From contig OZ219856.1 of NCBI GenBank assembly GCA_964291395.2, positions 704,001-768,000 of the forward strand: a stretch of 64,000 bases of DNA, given 5' to 3'. Below are positions 48,184 through 57,242 of this stretch, in pieces. The notes under the pieces are model-generated. The model made no database searches. It was not told the DNA's origin and was given only the letters and a program-made list of their open reading frames with translations. The first letter of the stretch is position 1, and each line of letters begins with the position of its first letter. This DNA is from Alphaproteobacteria bacterium (lineage in GTDB: Bacteria > Pseudomonadota > Alphaproteobacteria > UBA2966). The position numbers and the translations under genes are program-made.

Positions 48184-50574
48184 TTACCGCCTCGGTTGCA
48201 ATAGGAGGGTTCCCAACGCGCCTGCGAGGATGTCCGCGCGATCCATGCTCATGGAGACATATGCGACGTCCCGCCACTCCTTCGCGAAGTTGCCGTAATA
48301 CGACGACAGGATATTTCCGGACTGCCCGGTGCTGTGCATGTAGAGCGACCGGTCGGGGTCCGACAGATCGTAGATCGCCCGATAGCCGGCGCCGTGAAAT
48401 TGCTGGAACGGTTTTCGTTGGTTTCCGATGCGATGGGCCGCCGCATTCACCGTAAATCCGTCCCCGTCCGACTCGAGAGCGATATCGAACAAGTGTGCCA
48501 GCAAGGGCTGATGCGAGAACGGCGTGTGGCCCGCGTAGGCCACATGCGCTTTGCCCCAACGCCATGCCGTCGGGTGGGGTCCGTACTTTCCCGTGAGGTA
48601 GGCAGTGGCTGATGCGAGGGCCTGGGTGATGATCTCCGAGCATGTCTCCTCTCGTCTCGTCCGCTTGTCGTCGCAAAGGTGTTGGCGGTGGTTCAATATG
48701 TCGTCCACCAACAGCGGACGCGCGCTCCAGAATTCTCCGAACAAGGCGCCGATATCATCCTCGAGAAGGAGGCGCGTGATTTCGCGGTACCAGGCCCAGA
48801 AAAGCAACGGTTCAGGACGGTGGCGATCCATGGTGCCGTCCCATTCCGACAACATGTCGACGAAAGGCCGGTTCGCGTCGTCTACCGCGATGCGACCCAG
48901 GAACAAAGGCAGGAAGTCGACCGCGACGAGACTCGTGCTGTCCGCCTGCATCCGTTGCATGTCCGGGATGGTATGCCGGTCGACTTCCGCGAGCATGGTC
49001 TCGATGCGCCGTATCCGGTACGGGGGCGCCCAGTTTTTCGATATGAGGTGAGGGTACGCCTCGCCGACGATTTTGTGATTGGCCGTAGCGATCGATCCGC
49101 CGTCCGGGTTGTAGACGTGCGGCATCTCTTCGAACGGGATGTAACCCGTCCATTCGTAAGTGGCGTCCCAGCCGGGCACGGGCATGGTTCCCTGGACAGC
49201 GTTCGTGGGTCGGCGGATGGGCACGCGTCCGGCCGCGCGGTAGCCGATGTTGCCGTCGACATCCGCGTAGACGACGTTTTGCTGCGGATCCTTGAAATCT
49301 CTGAGGGCGTCGGTGAACTCTTTCCAGTTCCTGGCGCGGTTCATGTACAGGATCGCGCGGGCCGTCGTGTCGCCGCGCCGCAGGGCCGTCCAGGCCAACG
49401 AGATCACGTGACTCGATTCGGCCGCGTCGGCCGTGCGGGGGGAGGCGTCGGATATGACGGGCCCGTGAATCGTCTCCCGCGCATCGAAGCTGAGGTCGTC
49501 TGCGTCCCGCACGTGCACGACCTCGGGACGAATGGCCAGCGGCCTCGGCCCGTCGGGCGTGACGTACGAGTTGGGGTCGCCCGTCGCAAGCTTTTCGACA
49601 TAGAGGTCCTGAACGTCGGCGTTCAGGTTGGTAAAGCCCCAGGCGATCCGGTCGTTCCGGCCCAGGATGATCCCCGCAACGCCGGGAAGCGTCGCGCCGA
49701 TCGCACGGAACTCGGGACAGTCCAGATGGGCGAGGTACCAGACCGACGGCACGCCCAGGCCCAGGTGAGGATCGTTTGCGAGGAACGGTTTGCCAGTGGC
49801 CGTTCGCGTGCCGTCAACGACCCAATTGTTGGAGCCGTTCGCCGAAGATCGGGCCCGCATCGCCGGCATGTCCGCGACCTCGACCGGCGACCTCGACCAA
49901 ATGCCGGTGAGGTTCGGCAGGGCAACGGGCGCGTCCCCCGGATAGGGCGGAAAGAGCTCGGCCAACTGATCGGGCCGCAAGCCGGCCAGCTTGATCAAAC
50001 GCAGCCGGAGCAGCTCGTTCCGCCAGTTCTGAGCCAGGTCCCAGGCCATCATCTTTGCCCACGCGAGGGTGTCCTGTGGCGCCCAGGGCTCGGGTTTATG
50101 GTTGAGGATCAGGAATTCCGGCGGGAGCGGGGCATCATGGGTGTCGAGAAAGGCGTTTACGCCGGCTGCGTAGGAGTCGAGAACCTCACGGGTTTGTCGA
50201 TCGAGCTCGTCGTACGTGCGTTGTGCCGCCCGACGGATGCCGAGCGTACGGAGAAACCGGTCGGTGTTCCGGGCCGGAGGGCCGAGGATCTCCGCGAGGC
50301 GCCCCGCGCCGATGCGGCGATTGACCTCCATCTGCCAGAGTCGGTCCTGAGCATGCGCGAACCCCAAGCCGAACATTACGTCTCTGACGTTTTCCGCATA
50401 GATGTGCGGCACGGCGTTCCGATCCCGAATGATGCGGACAGGGGCGGTCAAGCCCGTCAGTTCGATGGTCCCCTCCACCACCGGCAGGGATCCCCGAAGC
50501 CAGACGTAGGCCCCGCCCGTCGCCAGACAGAGGACCGCGGCGAAGGCGAACAGCGCCCGTGCGAGAGATTTCAT
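48184..50574 (-). CDS. Penicillin acylase family Ntn-hydrolase
   Basis: N-terminal anchor, HAQDRLWQM, GSNNW (Ser nucleophile), ANDPHL and GQSG motifs. Confidence 0.92.
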   Translation of the reverse strand: MKSLARALFAFAAVLCLATGGAYVWLRGSLPVVEGTIELTGLTAPVRIIRDRNAVPHIYAENVRDVMFGLGFAHAQDRLWQMEVNRRIGAGRLAEILGPPARNTDRFLRTLGIRRAAQRTYDELDRQTREVLDSYAAGVNAFLDTHDAPLPPEFLILNHKPEPWAPQDTLAWAKMMAWDLAQNWRNELLRLRLIKLAGLRPDQLAELFPPYPGDAPVALPNLTGIWSRSPVEVADMPAMRARSSANGSNNWVVDGTRTATGKPFLANDPHLGLGVPSVWYLAHLDCPEFRAIGATLPGVAGIILGRNDRIAWGFTNLNADVQDLYVEKLATGDPNSYVTPDGPRPLAIRPEVVHVRDADDLSFDARETIHGPVISDASPRTADAAESSHVISLAWTALRRGDTTARAILYMNRARNWKEFTDALRDFKDPQQNVVYADVDGNIGYRAAGRVPIRRPTNAVQGTMPVPGWDATYEWTGYIPFEEMPHVYNPDGGSIATANHKIVGEAYPHLISKNWAPPYRIRRIETMLAEVDRHTIPDMQRMQADSTSLVAVDFLPLFLGRIAVDDANRPFVDMLSEWDGTMDRHRPEPLLFWAWYREITRLLLEDDIGALFGEFWSARPLLVDDILNHRQHLCDDKRTRREETCSEIITQALASATAYLTGKYGPHPTAWRWGKAHVAYAGHTPFSHQPLLAHLFDIALESDGDGFTVNAAAHRIGNQRKPFQQFHGAGYRAIYDLSDPDRSLYMHSTGQSGNILSSYYGNFAKEWRDVAYVSMSMDRADILAGALGTLLLQPRR

Positions 50575-50935
50575 GACTTCAGTTTGCGCGAATCGGCAGA
50601 ACGGGCAATGGGCGGTATTTATGTAGGACATGCGCGGCCGTGACTGCGCTGCGCCGTGATCGTTCGCGCATGCTCAAGAGCATACGCTCGATCCGCCATG
50701 CTCCTGACGTCGATTGGCGTTGAAAGCGCAGATGAATGCATGACAAGCGCGCGCACGGAGTGCACCCGCAGCATGCAGCGATCCGGTGTGACAAACCAAC
50801 GGCCGCAAGGCCGTACAGCGAGTTCGCCGGCGATGGTTTGGCCGGCGGCGCGGCTTGTGATGCTCTGGCTGACGACAGCGGGACGTGCATCGAACTCGAC
50901 AGTGCAACACACGAACGGTGCCGGCGACCGTGGGA

Positions 50936-51373
50936 TCAGGCGGGTAGCGTTTCGAAGGGGTTCACCGCCCGGATGGCGAGCGGAGCGAAATGGCGCACGT
51001 TGCGCGTGAGGACCGTAAGATCGCGGCAGCCCGCCGTCGCCGCGATGGCGAGGTCGGCGAAGCCGGGCGATTGGCCAGTCGCGCGTGCTCTGTCCATCAA
51101 CGTCCCCGCCAAACGCGCCGCGGCAATGTCGAACGGCATCACCCGGTCGCCGTAGAGGTGGAGCACCAGTTCGAGCCAGTCGCCGAGGCGCGCGGCTCTG
51201 GCGCCGCCGCCGGTCCGTTTCAGCTTGGCGATACCGTCGCAGATCTCGGCGACGGTGACCGTGGACAGGAACAACGCGTCGGAGTGCGCCTCCATCCAGT
51301 CGACCAACGCCAGCGGGCGCTCTCGCCGACCGGGCGCTCCGGTCGACAGAACGTCGGTATCGATCAGATACAA
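50936..51373 (-). CDS. vapC: VapC/PIN toxin, apparently intact
   Basis: YLIDTDVLS, TVAEI, DLAIAATA and LTRNVRHF motifs. Confidence 0.9.
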   Translation of the reverse strand: MYLIDTDVLSTGAPGRRERPLALVDWMEAHSDALFLSTVTVAEICDGIAKLKRTGGGARAARLGDWLELVLHLYGDRVMPFDIAAARLAGTLMDRARATGQSPGFADLAIAATAGCRDLTVLTRNVRHFAPLAIRAVNPFETLPA

Positions 51374-51384
51374 TAAGGCGGTCC

Positions 51385-51627
51385 CTAAAGCGCGGCGTCC
51401 CGCGGTGGTGTCGTGTCCCGCGGCGTCAGATCACCGTCGTCCAGTCCCGAGGCCATCAAAAGACGGCCGAACGACGGGATCGTGCGCAGGCGGTTCCATT
51501 CATCGACCCCGACGATGACGGCCCGGGGCTCGCCGCGGCGGGTGATGACGGCGGTCTCTCCGTGCGCCGCCTCTTCCACCAGGGCCGACAGTTTGGCCTT
51601 GGCCTCGCGCAACTGAACTTCTCGCAT
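51385..51627 (-). CDS. Phd/YefM family antitoxin
   Basis: MREVQLREAKAKLSALVE...VITRRGEPRAV; GGAGG RBS. Confidence 0.9.
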   Translation of the reverse strand: MREVQLREAKAKLSALVEEAAHGETAVITRRGEPRAVIVGVDEWNRLRTIPSFGRLLMASGLDDGDLTPRDTTPPRDAAL

Positions 51628-51821
51628 GGCGATCCTCCCGCGAACCAATGTGGTCACTTTAGGTCGCGTCACCCGATCCGGCAATCGCATCAGCGGTTGG
51701 ACAGGACGGAACCCCCCGCTTGCGACTTTCGCCCCGACTTGTGAATCTGTAGGAATCTGCGGTCCGATTCGGCGACAACCGTACCGCAGCCACAGGGAGA
51801 GGATGGGAGAATCTCATGGGA

Positions 51822-52688
51822 ATGAAACTGGCGTTCATCGGCCTCGGAGTCATGGGGTTCCCCATGGCGGGCCACCTGGCCACCGCCGGTCATGACGTAA
51901 CGGTCTATAACCGGACGACGGCGAGAGCGCGAAGCTGGGTCAAGAAGTACGGCGGCAGGATGGCCAAGACACCCGCCCAGGCGGCCCGTGGGATGGAGAT
52001 CGTCTTTGCCTGCGTGGGAAACGACGATGACGTCCGCAGCGTCGCCATGGCGAAGGACGGCATCTATCAGGGAATCGAGAAGGGCGCCGTCTTCGTGGAC
52101 CACACGACCGCGTCGGCCAACCTCGCACGGGAACTGGACGCCGCGGCGAAAAAGAAGGGCTGTCAATTTCTTGACGCGCCCGTTTCCGGCGGACAGGCGG
52201 GAGCGGAGAACGGCGTACTCACGGTCATGGTCGGTGGCCGGAAGAGCGCGTTTCGCAAAGTGGAGCCGGTCATCGGGGCCTATGCGCGGGAAGCGCAGCT
52301 CCTCGGTCCCGCCGGGGCCGGTCAACTGACCAAGATGGTCAACCAGATCTGCATCGCCGGGCTGGTTCAGGGCCTGGCCGAAGGCATGAACTTCGCCCAG
52401 CGGGCGGGCCTCGATGGGGACCAGGTTCTCGACGTCATCTCCAAGGGCGCCGCCCAGTCGTGGCAGATGGAAAACCGCGGACGCACGATGTTGCGCAACA
52501 GGTTCAACTTCGGCTTTGCCGTCGAATGGATGCGCAAGGATCTTTCCATCTGTTTGGAGGAGTCCCGGCGCAATGGCGCGCGACTGCCCGTCGCGGCGCT
52601 CGTCGACCAGTTCTATGCTGAAGTGCAGGCACTGGGCGGAAGTCGTTGGGACACGTCCAGCCTGATGAAATTGCTGACCCGCCCATAA
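51822..52688 (+). CDS. Beta-hydroxyacid (3-hydroxyisobutyrate-type) dehydrogenase 1
   Basis: FIGLGVMG, DAPVSGG, KMVNQ and KDL motifs. Confidence 0.9.
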   Translation: MKLAFIGLGVMGFPMAGHLATAGHDVTVYNRTTARARSWVKKYGGRMAKTPAQAARGMEIVFACVGNDDDVRSVAMAKDGIYQGIEKGAVFVDHTTASANLARELDAAAKKKGCQFLDAPVSGGQAGAENGVLTVMVGGRKSAFRKVEPVIGAYAREAQLLGPAGAGQLTKMVNQICIAGLVQGLAEGMNFAQRAGLDGDQVLDVISKGAAQSWQMENRGRTMLRNRFNFGFAVEWMRKDLSICLEESRRNGARLPVAALVDQFYAEVQALGGSRWDTSSLMKLLTRP

Positions 52689-52692
52689 TCCG

Positions 52693-53580
52693 ATGAGTGA
52701 AGACGTCGCCTTTCTGGGCCTCGGAGTCATGGGCGGTCCCATGGCGGGGCACCTGGCGGCGGCAGGGCATCGGGTCACCGTCTACAATCGCACGGCGGCC
52801 AAGGCACAGGCGTGGCTTTCCAAGTGCGGAGGTGCCGCTGCCGCCACACCGGCGGAAGCGGCCAGGTCGGCGCGTTTCGTGTTTTCTTGCGTCGGCGGCG
52901 ACGACGACCTCCGGGCCGTCACGGTAGGTCGGGATGGCGCTTTCCCCGCGATGCAACCGGGCGCGGTATTCGTCGATCACACCACGACGTCCGCCGAAGT
53001 GGCCCGCGAGGTTGCGGAGCAGGCGCGGTCCAACGGTCTCGGCTTTCTGGATGCCCCGATCGCGGGAGGCGAGCCCGGTGCGCTGCAGGGCGCGTTGTCC
53101 ATCATGGTGGGCGGCGACGCCGGGGCATTCGAGCAAGCCGCGCCTCTGCTGAAGGTGTACGGGCGTAGTGTCCTCCACATGGGCCCTGTCGGCACCGGGC
53201 AGCTGACGAAGATGGTCAATCAGATCTGCGCGACCGGAATCATCGCATCTCTGGCGGAGGGCCTGTCCTTCGCGGAGCGGGCGGGCCTCGACGGAGAAAA
53301 GGTCATAGAGGTGATCTCGAACGGGTCAGCCGCGTCCTGGCAGGTCGGCAATCGCGCCAGACCGATGCTGCAACGGGACTTCAGTGCCGGCGGCGCCGTG
53401 GGTCTCTTGCACAAGGACCTCGGCATCTGTCTGGAGGAAGCGGCACGGATTGGCGCGTCTTTGCCCGTGGTCGAGCTCGTGCGGTCGTATCACGAAACCT
53501 TCGTCGACCGGGGAGAGGGCAAGCTCGACGCGGCCTGCCTGATCGACCTCTTCAGCGGGAAGAGCGGTGGTGCCGGCTAA
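52693..53580 (+). CDS. Beta-hydroxyacid dehydrogenase 2
   Basis: FLGLGVMG, DAPIAGG, KMVNQ and KDL motifs. Confidence 0.9.
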   Translation: MSEDVAFLGLGVMGGPMAGHLAAAGHRVTVYNRTAAKAQAWLSKCGGAAAATPAEAARSARFVFSCVGGDDDLRAVTVGRDGAFPAMQPGAVFVDHTTTSAEVAREVAEQARSNGLGFLDAPIAGGEPGALQGALSIMVGGDAGAFEQAAPLLKVYGRSVLHMGPVGTGQLTKMVNQICATGIIASLAEGLSFAERAGLDGEKVIEVISNGSAASWQVGNRARPMLQRDFSAGGAVGLLHKDLGICLEEAARIGASLPVVELVRSYHETFVDRGEGKLDAACLIDLFSGKSGGAG

Positions 53581-54542
53581 TTGAGGCGGAAGGACACGGG
53601 GACGTCCACGGCGCCGGAGGCCGCCTCGCCGTTGACCATCGCCGGCAGGAATCGCCATTTGTCCATCGCCCGGCGTGCGGCCTCGTCGAGAAGCCGGTGG
53701 CCGCTGCTCTTTGCGATCGCCACGTGTTTCACGGCGCCCGTGCGATCCACGTCAACCCGCAACAGGACGCGGCCTTCCAGCCCCAACCGTCGGGCCGCCA
53801 GGGGGTATCCTGGCGGGCGATTTTCCGCGGCGACTCGAACGCCGCGGGTGATTCCCGTCGGTATCTTCGCGGGCCGCCGGACATCCGCGACCTGAAGTGA
53901 CGCGTCGACGGACGTTTCCGGCCGCGGCTCGCCCGTGAGGAACTGCGATGCCGCCAAGGGTCCGCCCTGTCCCGTATCCGGCGATTTGTCCGACGGTACG
54001 GGTGTGGCGGACATATCCACCTGATCCGGCATCCCGTCGATGCCGTTATCCGAAGCCACCCCTGTCGGGCGGCGGATATCGACATCCGGACCGACGGGAG
54101 AGCTGACGTCATCGACGACTGCCGTGACGTCGGATTCGGGACGGGTCCGCGCCGGCGGCGGTTCGGACAGGACGGCCGGTTCGATCCTCGGGATTGGGGG
54201 TTTGATCCGCGGCAGGCGGTCCGCATTGCCGGACGATCGGTCGTCGCGTGGAATCCCGGCGCTCGGCGAGGGCGCGGCGTCCGGCGGCACGGGCCGCCTC
54301 GACGACGCCGGCTCGGGCGATATATCTGGCGCGACGTCCGGTGGTGGCGGACCCGCCGGAGTTTTCGCCGAGGGTGCCGGTTCGTCGAGGAGTACGAGCT
54401 CTACCATGATCGACGGCGGACCTTCGGGCGGGAGGGTGTTCTCGAGGTCGATAACGATCGCCGCGGCCGCGGCGTGACCGGCCAACGATACGGTCGCTGC
54501 CGTCAACCAGTTCCCCGTGGCGTTGCCGGGAATCACGTTCAC
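53577..54542 (-). CDS. tonB: TonB family energy transducer
   Basis: SxxxH transmembrane anchor, Pro-rich linker, YPLAARR, SSGHRLLD and WRFLPA motifs. Confidence 0.88.
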   Translation of the reverse strand: MNVIPGNATGNWLTAATVSLAGHAAAAAIVIDLENTLPPEGPPSIMVELVLLDEPAPSAKTPAGPPPPDVAPDISPEPASSRRPVPPDAAPSPSAGIPRDDRSSGNADRLPRIKPPIPRIEPAVLSEPPPARTRPESDVTAVVDDVSSPVGPDVDIRRPTGVASDNGIDGMPDQVDMSATPVPSDKSPDTGQGGPLAASQFLTGEPRPETSVDASLQVADVRRPAKIPTGITRGVRVAAENRPPGYPLAARRLGLEGRVLLRVDVDRTGAVKHVAIAKSSGHRLLDEAARRAMDKWRFLPAMVNGEAASGAVDVPVSFRLN

Positions 54543-55333
54543 GATGCCTCGTCCCGGGCGTCCAGGCGCCGCCAGGGCACCACCAGGTTTCCGGCACTGG
54601 TGGAGGCGGTGATCGTCTCGACACCGTAGACCTCGCCGACGATGTCGGATGTCAGAACCTCCTCGGGGTTCCCGTCACGAACGATGCCTCCGTTCGCGAT
54701 GAGCACGATCTCGTCGCAGAAACGGGCGGCCAGGGTCAGATCGTGGAGGACCGGTACGACGATCCGATCACCTGCCGCGAACTCCCGGAGGAGCTCCATG
54801 ACCCGGAGCTGGTGGTAGGGGTCGAGCGAGGAAATCGGCTCGTCCGCGAGCAGCACTTCAGGGTCGCCGGCAAGGGCGCGGGCGATGAGGACCCGCGCCC
54901 GTTCGCCGCTGGATAGGGATGAAATCACCCGATCCGACAGGTGAAGAACCTCGGTTCGGCTCATTGCGGCTTCCGTCATCCGGGCATCGGCATCGTCCGA
55001 ACCCCGCCAGGGGCTGGCGTGGGGGATGCGCCCGAGCATGACCAATCGGTCGACGCGCAACGGCCAGTGGACCGGCGCGTCCGCGGGCAGGTAGGCGATG
55101 CGTTCGGCGCGGTTTGCGCGTGGGATGGCCGCCAGCTCGATATCCCCGAGTCTGACGGTGCCGCGGTCGGGTGCCATGAGTCCGCTCAAGACGCGCAAGA
55201 GCGTGGTCTTGCCGGCGCCGTTGGGTCCGACGAGGCCGACGACCCGGCCGCGCCGGGCGGTGAAATCCACGCCGTCCAGCACCCTGCGTCCGCCGCGGGA
55301 GACGGCCAGGTCTCGCGTGACGAGCCCGCTCAT
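54539..55333 (-). CDS. Cobalamin/iron-chelate ABC ATPase
   Basis: GPNGAGKT, LSSGE, LLADEP and VLHD motifs. Confidence 0.9.
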   Translation of the reverse strand: MSGLVTRDLAVSRGGRRVLDGVDFTARRGRVVGLVGPNGAGKTTLLRVLSGLMAPDRGTVRLGDIELAAIPRANRAERIAYLPADAPVHWPLRVDRLVMLGRIPHASPWRGSDDADARMTEAAMSRTEVLHLSDRVISSLSSGERARVLIARALAGDPEVLLADEPISSLDPYHQLRVMELLREFAAGDRIVVPVLHDLTLAARFCDEIVLIANGGIVRDGNPEEVLTSDIVGEVYGVETITASTSAGNLVVPWRRLDARDEAS

Positions 55334-56394
55334 GCCAGCGTTCTCCGCGTGCGCACGATCAGATGGAGAAAGAAGGGCGCGCCGATCAGCGCGGTGACGA
55401 CGCCCAGACGTAGTTCGTGCGTCACCGGCAGAAGGCGAGCCGCCAGGTCGGCGGCCACGAGCAGTGCCGCCCCTCCCAGCCCGCTCGCGATCAGCAGGCG
55501 GCCGGGTTCATGGCCGACGAAGGGGCGCAGGAGATGAGGGACGACGAGGCCGACGAAACCGATGACGCCGCTCACCGCCACTCCCGCTCCCACGCAGCAG
55601 GCCGCGCCCAGGACGATTCGGGCCCGGACACGCGACAAATTGAACCCCAGAGATCGTGCCACGTCGTCACCGAGAGTGAGGGCGTCGAGCGGCCGAGCCG
55701 CCGTGGCCAACAGAAACCATCCGATCAGCGTAAGCGGCAGCGCGACCCGAACGTGCGAGAAGCTTCGATCGGCGAGGGATCCGAGAAGCCAGAACACGGC
55801 TTCGATGACGGCATAGGGACTGGGCGCCAGGTTGAGCGCAAGCGAGATCAACGCGCCGGCGAACGCGTTCACGGCGACGCCCGCAAGGATGAGCGTGAGG
55901 GGGCCGGCATCGCGTCCGGCTAGGGCGAGCAGGAGCGCCACCGCCGCCGCGGCCCCCGCCATCGCCGCGAGCGGAACCATGAGGTCGGACCCGGCCGCCA
56001 GCCCGAAGTAGATGACGATGACCGCGCCCAACCCCGCGCTGCTCGAGACGCCGATCACGCCGGGATCCGCCAGCGGGTTGCGCAGCAAGCCTTGGAGGGC
56101 AGCGCCCGCGAGGCCGAGGCTGCCCCCGACGATGACCCCAAGCAAGGCGCGTGGCAAGCGGATTTCCACGAGGATCAGGCCCAGCATTCCCGGATCATCG
56201 CCGAACGCCCCTGCCAGCGTTCGGATCAGCGGCAAGGACACGTGCCCTGTCGCGAGCGACGCGGTGAACAGCGCCACAACCAGGATCGACAGGACGATCA
56301 GCAGACGCGCGGATTCCGTGCCCAGGGGCTTCCGCGCCGCGGCCGGCGGTCGTCGGGTATCCGGTCCGCCATCATCCGTTTCCGAGGCTCTCAC
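55330..56394 (-). CDS. Cobalamin ABC permease (BtuC/FecCD)
   Basis: IRLPRA, RNPLADP, IGFVGLVVPH and GAPFF motifs; GTGA overlap start. Confidence 0.9.
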   Translation of the reverse strand: MRASETDDGGPDTRRPPAAARKPLGTESARLLIVLSILVVALFTASLATGHVSLPLIRTLAGAFGDDPGMLGLILVEIRLPRALLGVIVGGSLGLAGAALQGLLRNPLADPGVIGVSSSAGLGAVIVIYFGLAAGSDLMVPLAAMAGAAAAVALLLALAGRDAGPLTLILAGVAVNAFAGALISLALNLAPSPYAVIEAVFWLLGSLADRSFSHVRVALPLTLIGWFLLATAARPLDALTLGDDVARSLGFNLSRVRARIVLGAACCVGAGVAVSGVIGFVGLVVPHLLRPFVGHEPGRLLIASGLGGAALLVAADLAARLLPVTHELRLGVVTALIGAPFFLHLIVRTRRTLA

Positions 56395-57230
56395 GGCCGC
56401 GCCTCCATCAGCAGTTCCACCGCTTCCGCGAGCATGGGGCCCGGACATACCCAGAGGCGGGTGGGAACCCGGATTAGCGTCTTGCCCTTCATCAGCCTTG
56501 CAAAAGCGGGGTGACGGAGCCCCTCTTCGGCGATCGAGCCGCCGCCGTCTCCGAGGGAGCTCAGGATCAATACCTCGGGATTGGAGGCCATCAATCGCTC
56601 CATCGGAAGGACAGCGGTTCCCGTCACCCCGAGTTCGGCGACCTTGTTCCGGAAACCGGCGGCAGTGAGAATGGAATGCACGGGTGTCCCGCTGCCCGCG
56701 GTGTATCCGTTCGGGAGGTAAAAGGCGGCGGTTCGTCGGTCGGCGGACGCGGCAAGCCTGGCCCGCTCCAGCCGTCGGTCCATATCCGACAGAAGCGCGT
56801 TGCCCCGTTCCTCCTCTTCCAGGATCGCTGCGAGGTGACGGACCTGGGCGCGGATTCCCGGGAAATCCTCGGGCAGGTCGAGGATGACCACGCGATAGCC
56901 CGTGCGCTTCAGGAAGGCGACCGACCCTTGCGACGTGAAGCGTCCCGCGAGTATCAGGTCGGGTTCGAGCGGAAGAATTTCCTCGACACGCCCGTGCGTT
57001 GCCGGGAAATCGCGGGCGACCGATGCCATGTACGAGTTGACGGGGTCGTGCGACAGGTAACTGACCGCAGCTATGTTGGGAGCCTGCGCGAGCATCAGGA
57101 CGAGCTGGTCCGTACAGAGGTTGAGTGAGACGATTCGCTGGGGTTTCGCATTCGCCACACCCGCGAGACATCCCGCGAGAAGGATGGCGGCAAGGAATCG
57201 CGAGCCGAAACGAAGGATGCCTGCCGCCAT
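56391..57230 (-). CDS. Cobalamin ABC substrate-binding protein (BtuF-like)
   Basis: PQRIVSLNLCTDQL motif and a signal peptide. Confidence 0.88.
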   Translation of the reverse strand: MAAGILRFGSRFLAAILLAGCLAGVANAKPQRIVSLNLCTDQLVLMLAQAPNIAAVSYLSHDPVNSYMASVARDFPATHGRVEEILPLEPDLILAGRFTSQGSVAFLKRTGYRVVILDLPEDFPGIRAQVRHLAAILEEEERGNALLSDMDRRLERARLAASADRRTAAFYLPNGYTAGSGTPVHSILTAAGFRNKVAELGVTGTAVLPMERLMASNPEVLILSSLGDGGGSIAEEGLRHPAFARLMKGKTLIRVPTRLWVCPGPMLAEAVELLMEARP

Positions 57231-57242
57231 CGTCGCCGGCCT

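Noticed and set aside
50600-50930. 330-bp intergenic stretch with a GGCC-GCAA-GGCC hairpin, possible ncRNA
   Set aside because: A single tetraloop hairpin in high-GC DNA is expected by chance, and no recognisable RNA family motif is present.
51731-51746. CCCCGACTTGTGAA upstream of the second vapBC, resembling the 33-bp repeat
   Set aside because: Only a 7-bp exact match and no partner on the other side of the module.
51822-53580. Tandem beta-hydroxyacid dehydrogenases as a special system
   Set aside because: Common paralog pair with catalytic motifs intact; no evidence for novelty from sequence alone.
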